Positions 38,354 to 48,813 are shown, counted from the stretch's first letter. The stretch is DNA of 61,111 bases from Deltaproteobacteria bacterium (GCA_022340745.1 JAJDNL010000019.1:1-61111); one strand, 5' to 3'. Translations and numbers: made by a program. Notes: generated by a model from the sequence alone, not told the origin.

Positions 38354-40510
38354 ATGCAATCAGACAATATTAACCATTCCAGCGCCGATGGCCTCTCTGA
38401 GATCCAAGAAAAGATACATGAGGCTGAACTCTACCTTTCTCAGGGTCTTTTCGACGAAGCCCGCCAGGTCTATCAACAGCTCCTGGAAGAATTAGGATCC
38501 CTCTCGCAAAAAGCCTCTACCGATCCAGCCTTTCGTCAAACCTACGAAAGCCGTCGCGGATTTATTCGGGAACAACTGGCTCTCATTGAACGCCAGGAAG
38601 CCGAATTCCACGGCCAACCCTCGGAGGCCAAACCCGAAGAGCATATCGATGCCCAAGAAGGGGAAGGAAGTGCTGCCTTCAATCGAGGGCAAGCGTTTCT
38701 GGACATCGGTCTCTACGCCGAGGCAATCCAGGAGTTTCAAAGCGCTGCCAGCCTAGGATTCCAGCCGATTGAATGTTCTCTGCAGATTGGCAAGGCTCAT
38801 ATTCAGCTCGGGCAGCACAGAGAAGGTCTCCGGATCTTGGAGAAGACCTATAGACAGAAAGGTTTGGATGATACCGACCGCAATGTGCTCTTGGGGCAGA
38901 TGGCGGTAGGGTATGAAACAGCTGGGGACATGGAAAAGGCCCTAGAGTTCTACCAGCAGCTGGCGGCGAGCGACCCGACGCATCGAACTGCGGCCAAGAA
39001 GGTCAAAAGCTTGGCCAAAGATAGCGATCGCTATGAGCTAAACGTGGTGAAGCTTCACCTCAAGAACGAGCAGTTCTCGAAAGCCATCAAAACGCTGCGG
39101 CACATGGAGAGCGAGCAGCAGGTCCCGGTTGACCGATTAGTGCCCTTATATGAGCAAGTACTGGAGAAAGATCCGGGTAACGCTGATGCCATGGAGCGAG
39201 TCGCGGCCATTTACCAAGAGATGCTTGACAACGGAAGTGAGAAGACCGACATTCGCTTGAAGCTTGCCAGACACCTTCTCCGTGCGGGCGAATTCGACAG
39301 TGCTGCCAATGAATATCTGCACGTAATGCTGGAGGACACCCCTTACAAATTGACTGCCCTGACCGAATTCGGCGAGGCTTTGCTAAAAAGACAGGACTAT
39401 GATCGAACTCTTGAGGTCTTGGAAGATGCTCTTCCCTGGATAGAGTCCATCAAGCCCGGACCTGAAACGTTGAAGTACTATTATCTGATGGGAACTGCCT
39501 GCGAGAGGAAAAATCTATACGACCGGGCGCAAACCTACTTCCAGCGTGCTGCCTCTATTGATCCCACTCACAAGGTAATCCGCTCCAAGGTGCAGACGCA
39601 GACCCAGGGACCCCTCTTGTCCACTGGCAAGGGTTTGCTTGGCCTCCAGGTGGACCCTAATCTCAAGTACGAAATTCAGGCAGAACTTGGTCAGGATGAG
39701 ATCCATCAGATTGTCCGAGTGCGCGAGGTTCCGAGTGGAACCTTTCGTGTCGCCAAGACCCTTCTCCCTCAACTGTCTGGTGGGGCTAAGGTCAAAGATT
39801 TCATTGTGAAGTGGGCCTACGAGCAACTGAATATGGAAAACCGCAACATCACTCGAGTCCTGGATGTAGCCGAACATGAGGGCCACTATTACCTAATCAT
39901 GGAAAATTTTGACAGCACCCTGGAGGATCTGCTAAAAGAGAAACCTCACCTGTCCATAGCCGAGGCCCTCAGCTTGGCCAGAGCCCTCCTCAACGCTCTT
40001 GCCTATGCCCATTCGCATCGAGGCGCTGACGATACCCTCAGGAAGATATTCCACCTTGCTCTCAACTCCAAACGGGTGATTGTCAGCGACCAGGTTAGCA
40101 ACGCCAAAATTACCGATTTTGGTCTTGTCTACCAGCTCAGTAACATGCTGGATTTGACAACGAACTATGAGAAACTCTCCGCTTTTGAATTAGCCTATAT
40201 GGCGCCCGAGCTGTTCAACCGCGCTCCGGCGCGAATGCCGGATAAGATGAAGCAGGCCGCAGATCTCTACTCTTTCGGCCTCGTATTCTATCAAGCTCTC
40301 ACAGGGAAATTGCCGTTTGAAGGGCCATCACCGGAGGACTTCAAGAAACAGCACAATGAGAAATACCCCGTGCCTCCCCGGGTGCATATTTCCAGCATTC
40401 CTGCCAAACTGGATGAAGCCATTTTGAAATGTCTGCACAAAGATCCTAAGAAGCGCTGGCGTACGCCCACAGAGTTAGATCTTGCCCTTGAGAAAATTCC
40501 TACCAAGTAG
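38354..40510 (+). CDS. TPR-repeat protein with C-terminal Ser/Thr kinase-like domain (probable pseudokinase)
   Basis: TPR helices; VAK, ITDFG, YMAPE and DLYSFG present; catalytic loop reads HLALNSKR. Confidence 0.85.
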   Translation: MQSDNINHSSADGLSEIQEKIHEAELYLSQGLFDEARQVYQQLLEELGSLSQKASTDPAFRQTYESRRGFIREQLALIERQEAEFHGQPSEAKPEEHIDAQEGEGSAAFNRGQAFLDIGLYAEAIQEFQSAASLGFQPIECSLQIGKAHIQLGQHREGLRILEKTYRQKGLDDTDRNVLLGQMAVGYETAGDMEKALEFYQQLAASDPTHRTAAKKVKSLAKDSDRYELNVVKLHLKNEQFSKAIKTLRHMESEQQVPVDRLVPLYEQVLEKDPGNADAMERVAAIYQEMLDNGSEKTDIRLKLARHLLRAGEFDSAANEYLHVMLEDTPYKLTALTEFGEALLKRQDYDRTLEVLEDALPWIESIKPGPETLKYYYLMGTACERKNLYDRAQTYFQRAASIDPTHKVIRSKVQTQTQGPLLSTGKGLLGLQVDPNLKYEIQAELGQDEIHQIVRVREVPSGTFRVAKTLLPQLSGGAKVKDFIVKWAYEQLNMENRNITRVLDVAEHEGHYYLIMENFDSTLEDLLKEKPHLSIAEALSLARALLNALAYAHSHRGADDTLRKIFHLALNSKRVIVSDQVSNAKITDFGLVYQLSNMLDLTTNYEKLSAFELAYMAPELFNRAPARMPDKMKQAADLYSFGLVFYQALTGKLPFEGPSPEDFKKQHNEKYPVPPRVHISSIPAKLDEAILKCLHKDPKKRWRTPTELDLALEKIPTK

Positions 40511-40779
40511 CTCGCATTCCTCATTTTTCATTTCTCAAGAGGCATCGTCATAAGTATTTAGTGTCCACCCGGAAAACACAAGAATACCTCCTCTTTGTCG
40601 AAGATCCCGTTGCAGTCTCGTGGTGAGTACGGGGGGATTTTTGGATGGACACTCGTAAGGATGGCTCTGGGTTGCGGGCGAGGGGGAGAGGCCTCAGAGT
40701 ATCGCATGGAATGAGCCTAAGTAATGAATGAGCAAGGACAAATTGCCACGGACGATGGACGATAGACAACGGCCTATAT

Positions 40780-42003
40780 TTACTTCCGTTTAAGAAAGGA
40801 GAGAATTCCTTTTCCCTTGCCCTTCGCACCCTGGTTCACTTCTTGCTGAAATTGCTCCACCGTTTGGATGATGGTGCTCAGGATGGCTCCTTTGAGGTTG
40901 GACTTGCCGGCAAGCTGTTGCCAGGCGGCGTCGGGTCTGGTCAATTCCTGGAGGTTAGTTACCATGGCCTCTTCACTCAAAATTCCTTTCTGTTTGTGCA
41001 GGATGGCAAGGATCCAGGCATTGAACGCGTACAGTAGTTCCTCATTGCCGGGAGGAGAATTAGGAGCAGCCTCCAGGACCAGCTTCAGGTTTTTCTTGGC
41101 ATCACTTCGGCAATCATAGGTTCTGAGTAATTTCGAGTATTGGGCCGGCACCTGGGCTTTGGCTTCTTCCAAAAGATTGTAGGCTCGATCGCCGACGGCT
41201 TTTTCTGTGATCTTCAGTATGCCCAGGAGTACATGGTGATAAATGTGGATGATAGTAGGAGCTTCACTCTTGCCCCCGGAAGTCACCGCAGCAGCACCTC
41301 CGCTTGGTTCAATAAGGCCCGAGGAAATCAGAGAGTTGATCATGCGATAGACAACGAACTCATCGTGGCCGCTGTCGTCGACGATTTGTTCTACTGTCCG
41401 CCTTCCATCAACGAGTGAGATTACCCGCCACTCATTTGCTGTCAGGTTAACTGTGTCGCGCTGTTTCTCCACACTTTTGTTAATTTTGAAAACCACGTGG
41501 GGATTTGGAATATTCTTACTGAGAATTTCCCACTCATCCACACGCCGGGTTCCCTCTAAAATTACCTCCATGTGATTTAGCTCAGTGACAAACTCCTCGT
41601 CCAGGTCGAAATCCTGGTCCACGTACTCGAAGTCCCCTTTTTTCCACAAGAACAAATCGTAGAGGATGTCGCGCACCTGCTGATGAATAAACTTCTTCAG
41701 GGTCTCGAGGGAAATATAGCTCTTTTCCACCAGGATCTTACCCAATCGCTCTTTTCTCTGTTTCGCCAAGGTTAAGGCCTTCTGGAGTTCCTCGGCTGAG
41801 ATGATGCCTTTGGTGCGCAGAAGATAACCCAGTCTTACCTCCTTTTGGGTGCCTACCGCATAAATAATGTTGCCATTCTTGATGTACACCCGCACCATTC
41901 GCCCTTTATCGGCGATGGTGAGAATGCCTGTCTTCTTATCTTGGGCAAGCAACTGCAGCATGCTGGACAGATAAAATGTCTCAATGTTTCCCTTCAATGC
42001 CAT
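40780..42003 (-). CDS. DUF4388 (PatA-N-like) protein with MshEN-like motifs
   Basis: MALKGNIETF..MLQLL...KTGILTI; tandem RLGxxL motifs; EGTRRVDEW; LVDGRRTV. Confidence 0.85.
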   Translation of the reverse strand: MALKGNIETFYLSSMLQLLAQDKKTGILTIADKGRMVRVYIKNGNIIYAVGTQKEVRLGYLLRTKGIISAEELQKALTLAKQRKERLGKILVEKSYISLETLKKFIHQQVRDILYDLFLWKKGDFEYVDQDFDLDEEFVTELNHMEVILEGTRRVDEWEILSKNIPNPHVVFKINKSVEKQRDTVNLTANEWRVISLVDGRRTVEQIVDDSGHDEFVVYRMINSLISSGLIEPSGGAAAVTSGGKSEAPTIIHIYHHVLLGILKITEKAVGDRAYNLLEEAKAQVPAQYSKLLRTYDCRSDAKKNLKLVLEAAPNSPPGNEELLYAFNAWILAILHKQKGILSEEAMVTNLQELTRPDAAWQQLAGKSNLKGAILSTIIQTVEQFQQEVNQGAKGKGKGILSFLKRK

Positions 42004-42213
42004 GCGTAATCGCCACCTATAGTTTCACAGTATTTTACTGAAGTGTTTTTGATATGCCAGTTTGTATAGATACTTAGGGGTTTTGTCAACTCTTTTGTCC
42101 GCGCGCAGAACGTTCAGCGCAGGAACCGCTAAGCACGAAGAACCAGGCACCAGTTATCTATTAGCAATTAGTATTCCGTTTTGTGATCAATGTTGATTTT
42201 TGTTTGCTCGCGG

Positions 42214-42391
42214 TTGAAGCTCCCTGCAGCAAGACCTGTCGACGAGACTTGTCGACGAGCTCAATTCGTGTCGCTCAGGTCGAGTCGCTGCAGGGAATCT
42301 TCGAAATGTAAGGTATTTATACCATTTTATTGTAGTTCGCTCGCTAACCCCGCCGCAAGCTGCGGGGAATGCGCTCGCTGAAGCATTTTCA
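42214..42391. mobile_element. MITE family A copy 3 (2x13-mer + 2x14-mer)
   Basis: TTGAAGCTCCCTGCAG ... GCATTTTCA; its terminal TCA is the miaA stop codon on the minus strand. Confidence 0.9.
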
Positions 42392-43333
42392 GCTGGCGTC
42401 CCGATTGAGGCCGCACAAGAACCGCCCAGCGAGCCTGACAATATCCTCCTTTTGGCTCGGGTGAAACCAGTTGATCTCCTGGTCGCGTCGAAACCACGTC
42501 ATTTGTCTTTTGGCATACCGGCGAGTATCTCGCTTCATGGTCCTCACAGCCTCAGTGATAGCCACACCATGTATCAGATGTTGCACCATGTGCCGGTAAC
42601 CCAATGCCTGCATGCTTTTGAGGTGTGGTCCATAGCCTCGGCTCAGCAGTTCTCTAACCTCCTCCAGAAGTCCCAGGCTCATCATTTTTTCCACTCTGCT
42701 GTTAATGCGCTCATACAGTTCGGGGCGAGGACGTCGCAATCCTATTTTCAGCGGCAGAAATGGCCGATCGCTAAAATCGTGATCACTTTGGAGGACAGAG
42801 ATCGGTTGTCCCCTACATTCCCACACTTCCAGGGCCCGGATAATTCTAAAAAGGTCGTGTGGATGGACTCGCTGGGCGGTGACTGGATCTAGCCGTTGAA
42901 GCCGCTGGTAAAGCTCGCCCCTACCCTTTTTCGCTGCTTCTCGACGCAAACGTTGTCTTACTATAGGATCTGAAGGAGCTCCGGGGAAAAGCCCGTGAAA
43001 AATCGCTTTGAGGTACAGGCCGGTTCCACCTACCACTAGGGCGGGCTTGCCCTGTCGGGCCAGACGTGCGATCACCTCTCTTGCCAGTTGGCTGTACCGA
43101 CTGGCATCGAAGTCCTGGTCAGGATCCACAATGTCCACAAGATGATGGACCACCTCAGCCCTATCAGCCATTGTGGGTTTAGCGGTGCCAATGTCCATGA
43201 AACGATAAATCTGCACCGAATCCGCGTTTACAATCTCACCGCCCAAATTTTTGGTCAACTGTGAAGTCAGCCAGGTTTTCCCCACTGCAGTGGGACCCAT
43301 TACAGCGATGACACGTGGCCGCTCGTCACTCAT
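42389..43333 (-). CDS. miaA: tRNA dimethylallyltransferase
   Basis: GPTAVGKT, DSVQIY..MDIGTAKP, VGGTGLY, TRRYAKRQMTWF. Confidence 0.97.
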   Translation of the reverse strand: MSDERPRVIAVMGPTAVGKTWLTSQLTKNLGGEIVNADSVQIYRFMDIGTAKPTMADRAEVVHHLVDIVDPDQDFDASRYSQLAREVIARLARQGKPALVVGGTGLYLKAIFHGLFPGAPSDPIVRQRLRREAAKKGRGELYQRLQRLDPVTAQRVHPHDLFRIIRALEVWECRGQPISVLQSDHDFSDRPFLPLKIGLRRPRPELYERINSRVEKMMSLGLLEEVRELLSRGYGPHLKSMQALGYRHMVQHLIHGVAITEAVRTMKRDTRRYAKRQMTWFRRDQEINWFHPSQKEDIVRLAGRFLCGLNRDAS

Positions 43334-43428
43334 CAATCTTGTGGTTCCTCCAACACTTTAGAAGCCCTCGTCTCTATTCGCCACGCCTGCTGTGTAGCGG
43401 CCACTGCATGGCGCCTGCGCATGCAGAT

Positions 43429-43632
43429 AAATCCGAAATCCGAAACAAATCTAAGACAATCGATGTGGGATGTGAGATGTGCGATGTGGGAAGGAGAAAT
43501 ACGTCTACCATAATCTCACATCTCATATCTCATATCTCACATCACAATCAAAATTTGTTTCGTGCTTCGTGCTTCGGATTTCGGATTTGGTTTTGAACGT
43601 GCTCTATGCCCCATGCCCTATGCTCTATGCCC
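43429..43632. repeat. Nested inverted heptamer element between mutL and miaA
   Basis: Shell 43429-43450 / 43553-43588; inner (GATGTGR)n vs (ATCTCAY)n; (CTATGCY)n array abutting the mutL stop. Confidence 0.88.
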
Positions 43633-45412
43633 TCCCAAACATCCTTTCTACCTCACCCATAGTGAGTTTCCACCAGAGAGGACGGCCGTGTGGGCAGGTT
43701 GAGCAACGATCTAGTCCATCGAGCTGCTGCAAGAGTGCCGCAATCTCCTCCCTCCCCAACCTCTGGCCAGCCTTTATGGCGACCTGGCACGCCATTGATT
43801 GCAGTAGTTTCTCAAGCAGAGTCTCCGGTCCGAGAGAGCCTGCCCCCTTACAGCCGGCTGCCACCAACTCCTGAAGCAGTTCTAATGGCTCTTGGCGGAG
43901 GACCACTGCCGGAACCGCACGTACTACGAAGGTATAGCTACCAAATGGCTCCAACCTAAACCCCAACTTTGAAAAGAGAGGCAAGGAGTCCTCCAGCCAG
44001 GCGCTCTCCTCAGCAGTGAGCTCTACAGTCTCAGTAATCATCAAAATCTGACTTGACAGTTGCCCTTCAATCGCCTCTTTATGAAAAGCCTCGAAAAAAA
44101 CACGCTCGTGAGCCGCGTGCTGATCAATAAGAATCAGACCGTCCGGCGCTTCGCAGAGAATATAGGTGTTGTGGAATTGACCTATGACATTCAGTTCGCC
44201 AAACAACAGCCCGAGTTCCTGGTGCAATTTTTCCGGTGGTCGCCTGCTTTCTTCATCCGTGGAAAAACCTCTCTGGGGAAAATCGAGCGCCTCATAGGTT
44301 TGAATCCTTGGCTCGGATACTGCTGCCCCCGCAGGTGAGAGAGGCGCCAATTTACCTTGAATCAGAGCCTCGGCAGCTCGCAGCCCAGAGCCTGCAACCA
44401 GAGGCCGAGCCCATCTCTGCCTCTCCATAGTGGCCAGCGCGGCTTGCGCCGCAGACGTTACTGTTGCACAGAGAGTCCGCGGATCTTGGAAACGCACCTC
44501 CGCTTTCGTTGGGTGCACATTTACATCCACTTGCTGGGCAGGCAATTCCAGAAAAAGCACCCCGAGAGGATATTTACCCTTTGGCAGCAATGTTCTGTAG
44601 GCCTCCAGAAGGGCAAACCTCAGCTGGCGATCCCAAACCGGTCTGCCATTGACGTAAAGGAAAAGCATGCGGCTGTCAGATCGGTAAAGCTCTGGGGGGC
44701 TTAGAAATCCTTCAAAATTCAAGACCCCTTGTCTGTGGGATACTGCCAACCAGGATTGTGTTGATCTCTTGGGGAAGATTTGTGCCAGCCGCTGCTGCAG
44801 ATTTATCGCTGCGGGCCAGTCATGAATCTGGCGATTTTTCTGCCTCAGGGAGAAATGGGTTTCCGGTCGTCCCAGGGCCAGCCTGGTCAGCGTATCTACC
44901 ACCTGTCCGAACTCGGTCTTCTCACTTTTCAGAAATTTACGTCGCGCTGGTTGATTAAAAAAAAGATCACGAACCCACACTTGGGTACCAGGTGGACAGC
45001 CGCACTCGTTCACTCCTTTCACCACCCCTGCAGAGGCACTAATACGAGTACCCGCGGTGGAGTCCCTCGTTCTCGTTGTGAGCTCAAATTTCGACACCGC
45101 CGCCAGGCTCGGGAGGGCTTCACCGCGAAATCCGAGGGTTTGGATGGCAGCGAGGTCTGCATCGCTGCTGATCTTACTGGTAGCATGCCGCTCAAGGGCC
45201 AGAATGGCGTCGTCCTCTTCCATACCGACACCATTATCAACCACCCGTATGGAACGGCAGCCTGAACCATGGATTTCGATGCTTATCTGGCGAGCTTCCG
45301 CATCTATGGCATTCTCAACCAGTTCTTTTACCGCTGAAGCAGGCCTTTCAACTACCTCACCGGCGGCAATCTTGTTGGCCAGCTGTTCTGACATCACACG
45401 AATCGTGGCCAT
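43625..45412 (-). CDS. mutL: DNA mismatch repair endonuclease MutL
   Basis: IAAGEVVERP, GFRGEAL, VDVNVHP, DQHAAHER, CPHGRP. Confidence 0.98.
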   Translation of the reverse strand: MATIRVMSEQLANKIAAGEVVERPASAVKELVENAIDAEARQISIEIHGSGCRSIRVVDNGVGMEEDDAILALERHATSKISSDADLAAIQTLGFRGEALPSLAAVSKFELTTRTRDSTAGTRISASAGVVKGVNECGCPPGTQVWVRDLFFNQPARRKFLKSEKTEFGQVVDTLTRLALGRPETHFSLRQKNRQIHDWPAAINLQQRLAQIFPKRSTQSWLAVSHRQGVLNFEGFLSPPELYRSDSRMLFLYVNGRPVWDRQLRFALLEAYRTLLPKGKYPLGVLFLELPAQQVDVNVHPTKAEVRFQDPRTLCATVTSAAQAALATMERQRWARPLVAGSGLRAAEALIQGKLAPLSPAGAAVSEPRIQTYEALDFPQRGFSTDEESRRPPEKLHQELGLLFGELNVIGQFHNTYILCEAPDGLILIDQHAAHERVFFEAFHKEAIEGQLSSQILMITETVELTAEESAWLEDSLPLFSKLGFRLEPFGSYTFVVRAVPAVVLRQEPLELLQELVAAGCKGAGSLGPETLLEKLLQSMACQVAIKAGQRLGREEIAALLQQLDGLDRCSTCPHGRPLWWKLTMGEVERMFGRA

Positions 45413-45502
45413 CCAATCCTCCTTTTGTCAACATCCCCCTATCCTAATCCTATTCAGTACGATTTGACAACCGTCACCGAATGAATTGGAGCGCTGATCA
45501 TT

Positions 45503-45860
45503 GAAGATTTTAGAATGCAGATTGCAGATTTAATTTTGAAATTTCCAAAACACCCATCCATTTAGCTCTGCATACTGTGGATGCTAGATTTCGATATGCA
45601 CTTTTATTTTCTAACCACAGAGACACGGAGGCATGTAATTTCAGATTGCAGAATGCAGAATGCAGAATGCGAAATTTAGTAAGATCAGATTTGTTTATAT
45701 CTACAATCTTAAATCTAAAATACTCGTTTATTCCCTCCGTGGTAAATCCTCACTCAGGTTTCCTCAGGGCGCTACAATAAGGACTAGGTTAATATGGTCG
45801 TATTTCAATTTCGGAGTTTTCAATCTGCAATCCAAAATCTGAAATCTGAAATTGGAAATT
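45503..45860. repeat. Three-layer nested repeat element in the divergent mutL intergenic region
   Basis: Outer and inner (GAWTGCA)n vs (AATCTNM)n; middle AACCACAGAGACACGGAG vs CTCCGTGGT. Confidence 0.75.
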
Positions 45861-46033
45861 GGTTGACACAACTTCCTAAATAGGCTATTCATGGACCGAA
45901 CCGTGGCCCGGCATGAGATAACATGTGGTAACAATTAATAATATTGGTCAGAGTACGGTGAGATAGCACCCGAACGGGCATGTCTATCGAGCCGCTTCAT
46001 TTATATCCTTCTGTGCCCCACCTGCAGGTCCAT

Positions 46034-47488
46034 ATGTCAGTTGATCGACAACTCGACGACATCACTGCTCTGCTGAGTAACTGCCTGGATGCTTACACGG
46101 CGGCCCTGTTTCTTTGGGATGACAGTAGCAAACACCTTACCTTGAGAGCATTTCATAGCTTGAGCAAGCACATCAACCCCGACGCTCGATTTTCTCTCGA
46201 GGAAGGGGGCCTGGTGGGCTGGGTGGCAAAGAATAACGAACCACTAAGTATCGATCACTTTGACCGCGACACCAAGATTCTTCCCTACTATCAAAGCGAC
46301 GAAAACATCAAATCCTTCCTGGCTTTTCCCCTTGAGCAGCCCAAAGGCGTGCTTTGTGTGGACAGTAAGCGCCAGTACGTCTTTACCAATAAAGCCCAGA
46401 AGCTTCTTTCGGGCTTTGCAACTGTTGTCGGTAATGCCCTCGGTGCTGAGCGGGCCAGTCACCTCCATCAGCGCCAGCGTCAACTCTTGACTCTGTGGCG
46501 CCGTGCTGACGCACTGCCGGCAGACACTGACGATCCGGTACCATATCTAACCCGCTTGATGGACGCCGCTTGTCAATATCTGCAAGCGGACAGCGCTTTA
46601 GTTGCTGTGCCCATCAAAGAGGGCCAATTCTTGCAATTAGTCGCCGCTTCGGGCGGCATGGTTTCATCTCTTCTCAGAAGTTCACATCCAGCTGACCAGG
46701 GTATTATTGGTTGGATCTTCCAGAATCGTAAGTCTTTAGTTATTCCCAAGTTTCGCTCTCGCACTCGTATTCCTTTTCTTTTTGGCCCGAAAGACTCCAT
46801 CGGTAGAATTGGTGCCCTGGTCGGTATGCCCCTGGCCTGGGAAGCGGCTGAAATGGGAGGTGTGATGGCTTTTATCAGCCGCACCGAAGCTGACTGGAGT
46901 AAGGAAGAACTAGGTGCAATAACTGCCCTGGTAAGGCGTGCCACTCTCGTCCTGCAAAATTTTACCTTTAAGCGTGAACTGGCTCTTGTTCGCAATTTGG
47001 ACCCCATCACCGAAGTGTGCAACACTGAGGCTTTTGACCGGATTCTCAAGAAAAGACTGGAAAGGTGTCGGCAAAACGGTGTCAGTCTGGGACTAGGTAT
47101 CATTGCCGTCGAGGGTTTTGAGGCACTGAGCACTCGAGTAGCTTTGCCAGATCTGGCAATCATACGCCAGCGCATCGCCTCAACACTGCTCCAGCGACTC
47201 AGAGACAAACAACTCATTGGTTGTCTAGATCAAGCCCGTTTTGCCGTATTGTTTGAGGACGAATCGGGAAGAGCCATGCATGACCAACTCGTGTCCAGTA
47301 CCGCCGCTATACACCAAGAGGTGCTGGCATCATTGGATGACCTGCCCCGGCTGGAGGTTAGTTTTGGTTCTGCACTCTATCCCCGAGATGCGGCTTCATC
47401 CCGTGAACTGTGGACCATGGCTTTTCAAGCCTTAACCGATCAAGCAGCGAACGCTTCCAATCGAGACACAAAAGTAAAATCTGCTTGA
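46034..47488 (+). CDS. GAF-GAF protein with degenerate GGDEF-like domain
   Basis: Two GAF domains (GLVGWVAK; GIIGWIF); DPITEVCN..AF; GGDEF position reads LDQAR; alternative start 45980. Confidence 0.8.
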   Translation: MSVDRQLDDITALLSNCLDAYTAALFLWDDSSKHLTLRAFHSLSKHINPDARFSLEEGGLVGWVAKNNEPLSIDHFDRDTKILPYYQSDENIKSFLAFPLEQPKGVLCVDSKRQYVFTNKAQKLLSGFATVVGNALGAERASHLHQRQRQLLTLWRRADALPADTDDPVPYLTRLMDAACQYLQADSALVAVPIKEGQFLQLVAASGGMVSSLLRSSHPADQGIIGWIFQNRKSLVIPKFRSRTRIPFLFGPKDSIGRIGALVGMPLAWEAAEMGGVMAFISRTEADWSKEELGAITALVRRATLVLQNFTFKRELALVRNLDPITEVCNTEAFDRILKKRLERCRQNGVSLGLGIIAVEGFEALSTRVALPDLAIIRQRIASTLLQRLRDKQLIGCLDQARFAVLFEDESGRAMHDQLVSSTAAIHQEVLASLDDLPRLEVSFGSALYPRDAASSRELWTMAFQALTDQAANASNRDTKVKSA

Positions 47489-47601
47489 ATGTGCGTCTGG
47501 ATCGGTTTCGCCCAGATACCATCACCGCTGAAAATTAGATCGAGATTATGGTTGGACGGATTAACTTGTCGCCAGAGAAGACTCCCGTTAGGTAGGTAAT
47601 T

Positions 47602-48630
47602 ATGAGGTTGCTGCACGGACTTGCTGGACTTTTCGCCAAAGATTTGGCCATGGACCTTGGTACAGCCAATACCCTCATTTACGTGAAGGGTGAGGGAATT
47701 GTGCTCAATGAACCTTCAGTGGTGGCCCTGAGCCGCGACACAGGAAAGGTAATTGCCGTGGGTAGTGAGGCCAAAGAATATTTGGGCCGCACTCCCCAGA
47801 AAATCGTCGCCATTCGTCCCATGAAGGACGGAGTGATTGCTGATTTTGAAGTAACCAGTGTAATGATCAAATACTTTCTCAAGAAGATCCAAAGACACTC
47901 TTTTCTTTTTCGACCACGGCTCATTGTGGCCGTCCCCACCGGCATTACCCAGGTGGAAAAACGTGCGGTCATTGAATCAGCAGAGCAAGCAGGTGCGCGC
48001 CAGGTGCACCTGGTCGAGGAACCCATGGCGGCAGCTATTGGCGCTGACCTACCCATCGACAAGCCGGTAGGCAGCATGGTGGTGGATATCGGCGGGGGGA
48101 CCACGGAGGTGGCGGTGATTTCGCTTTCGGCCGTGGCCTACTCAGAATCAGTGCGAGTGGCCGGCGACGAGGCTAATGATGCCATAATCCGCCACGTTCA
48201 AAACCACCACCAAATCGCCATCGGTGAAAATGAGGCGGAGCGGGTCAAGCTGGCAATCGGCTCTGCCTGTCCACTTTCCCAGCCCATGACGACTGAAGTC
48301 GCAGGGAAGGAAATACTCACAGGAATACCCAGATCTCTCCAGGTAGACGACCAAGAAATCAGGCGCGCCCTGACGGAGCCGGTGAATGTAATAATTGAAA
48401 GTATCAAGCGGACTTTCGAAAAGACACCGCCGGAACTCGCATCAGACATCACACACAATGGAGTCTGGCTGGCGGGAGGTGGAGCACTTCTCAGGGGCTT
48501 GGACACTCTGCTGACTGACATGTTGAAACTTCCGGTCCATGTGGAAGCAGATGCGCTCACTACCGTCACCCGTGGCGCTGGCAAGGTAATGGAATCCATC
48601 GATACGTACCGACAGGTATTCTTGAACTAA
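47602..48630 (+). CDS. mreB: Rod shape-determining actin-like protein MreB (orphan copy)
   Basis: DLGTANTL, EPSVVA, EEPMAAAIGA, VDIGGGTTEVA, LAGGGALL. Confidence 0.95.
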   Translation: MRLLHGLAGLFAKDLAMDLGTANTLIYVKGEGIVLNEPSVVALSRDTGKVIAVGSEAKEYLGRTPQKIVAIRPMKDGVIADFEVTSVMIKYFLKKIQRHSFLFRPRLIVAVPTGITQVEKRAVIESAEQAGARQVHLVEEPMAAAIGADLPIDKPVGSMVVDIGGGTTEVAVISLSAVAYSESVRVAGDEANDAIIRHVQNHHQIAIGENEAERVKLAIGSACPLSQPMTTEVAGKEILTGIPRSLQVDDQEIRRALTEPVNVIIESIKRTFEKTPPELASDITHNGVWLAGGGALLRGLDTLLTDMLKLPVHVEADALTTVTRGAGKVMESIDTYRQVFLN

Positions 48631-48633
48631 AGA

Positions 48634-48813
48634 CAGTAAGCAGTAAGCGGTGAGCAGTAAGCAGTTAGTGGCAAGAATGTAGTAATTAAGGAGCATTGAG
48701 GCAACTCGATTGCGGATTTGGGAATGCGGAATGCGGATTGCTCCATTTAGATTGAGTTTTTGATTTGCAATCTATTTTTTTCAATCCGAGATCCGAAATC
48801 CGAAATCCGAAAT
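48634..48813. repeat. Heptamer arrays between convergent genes
   Basis: (CAGTAAG)n after the mreB stop; (GAATGCG)n vs (AATCCGA)n ending at the ABC ATPase stop. Confidence 0.82.
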
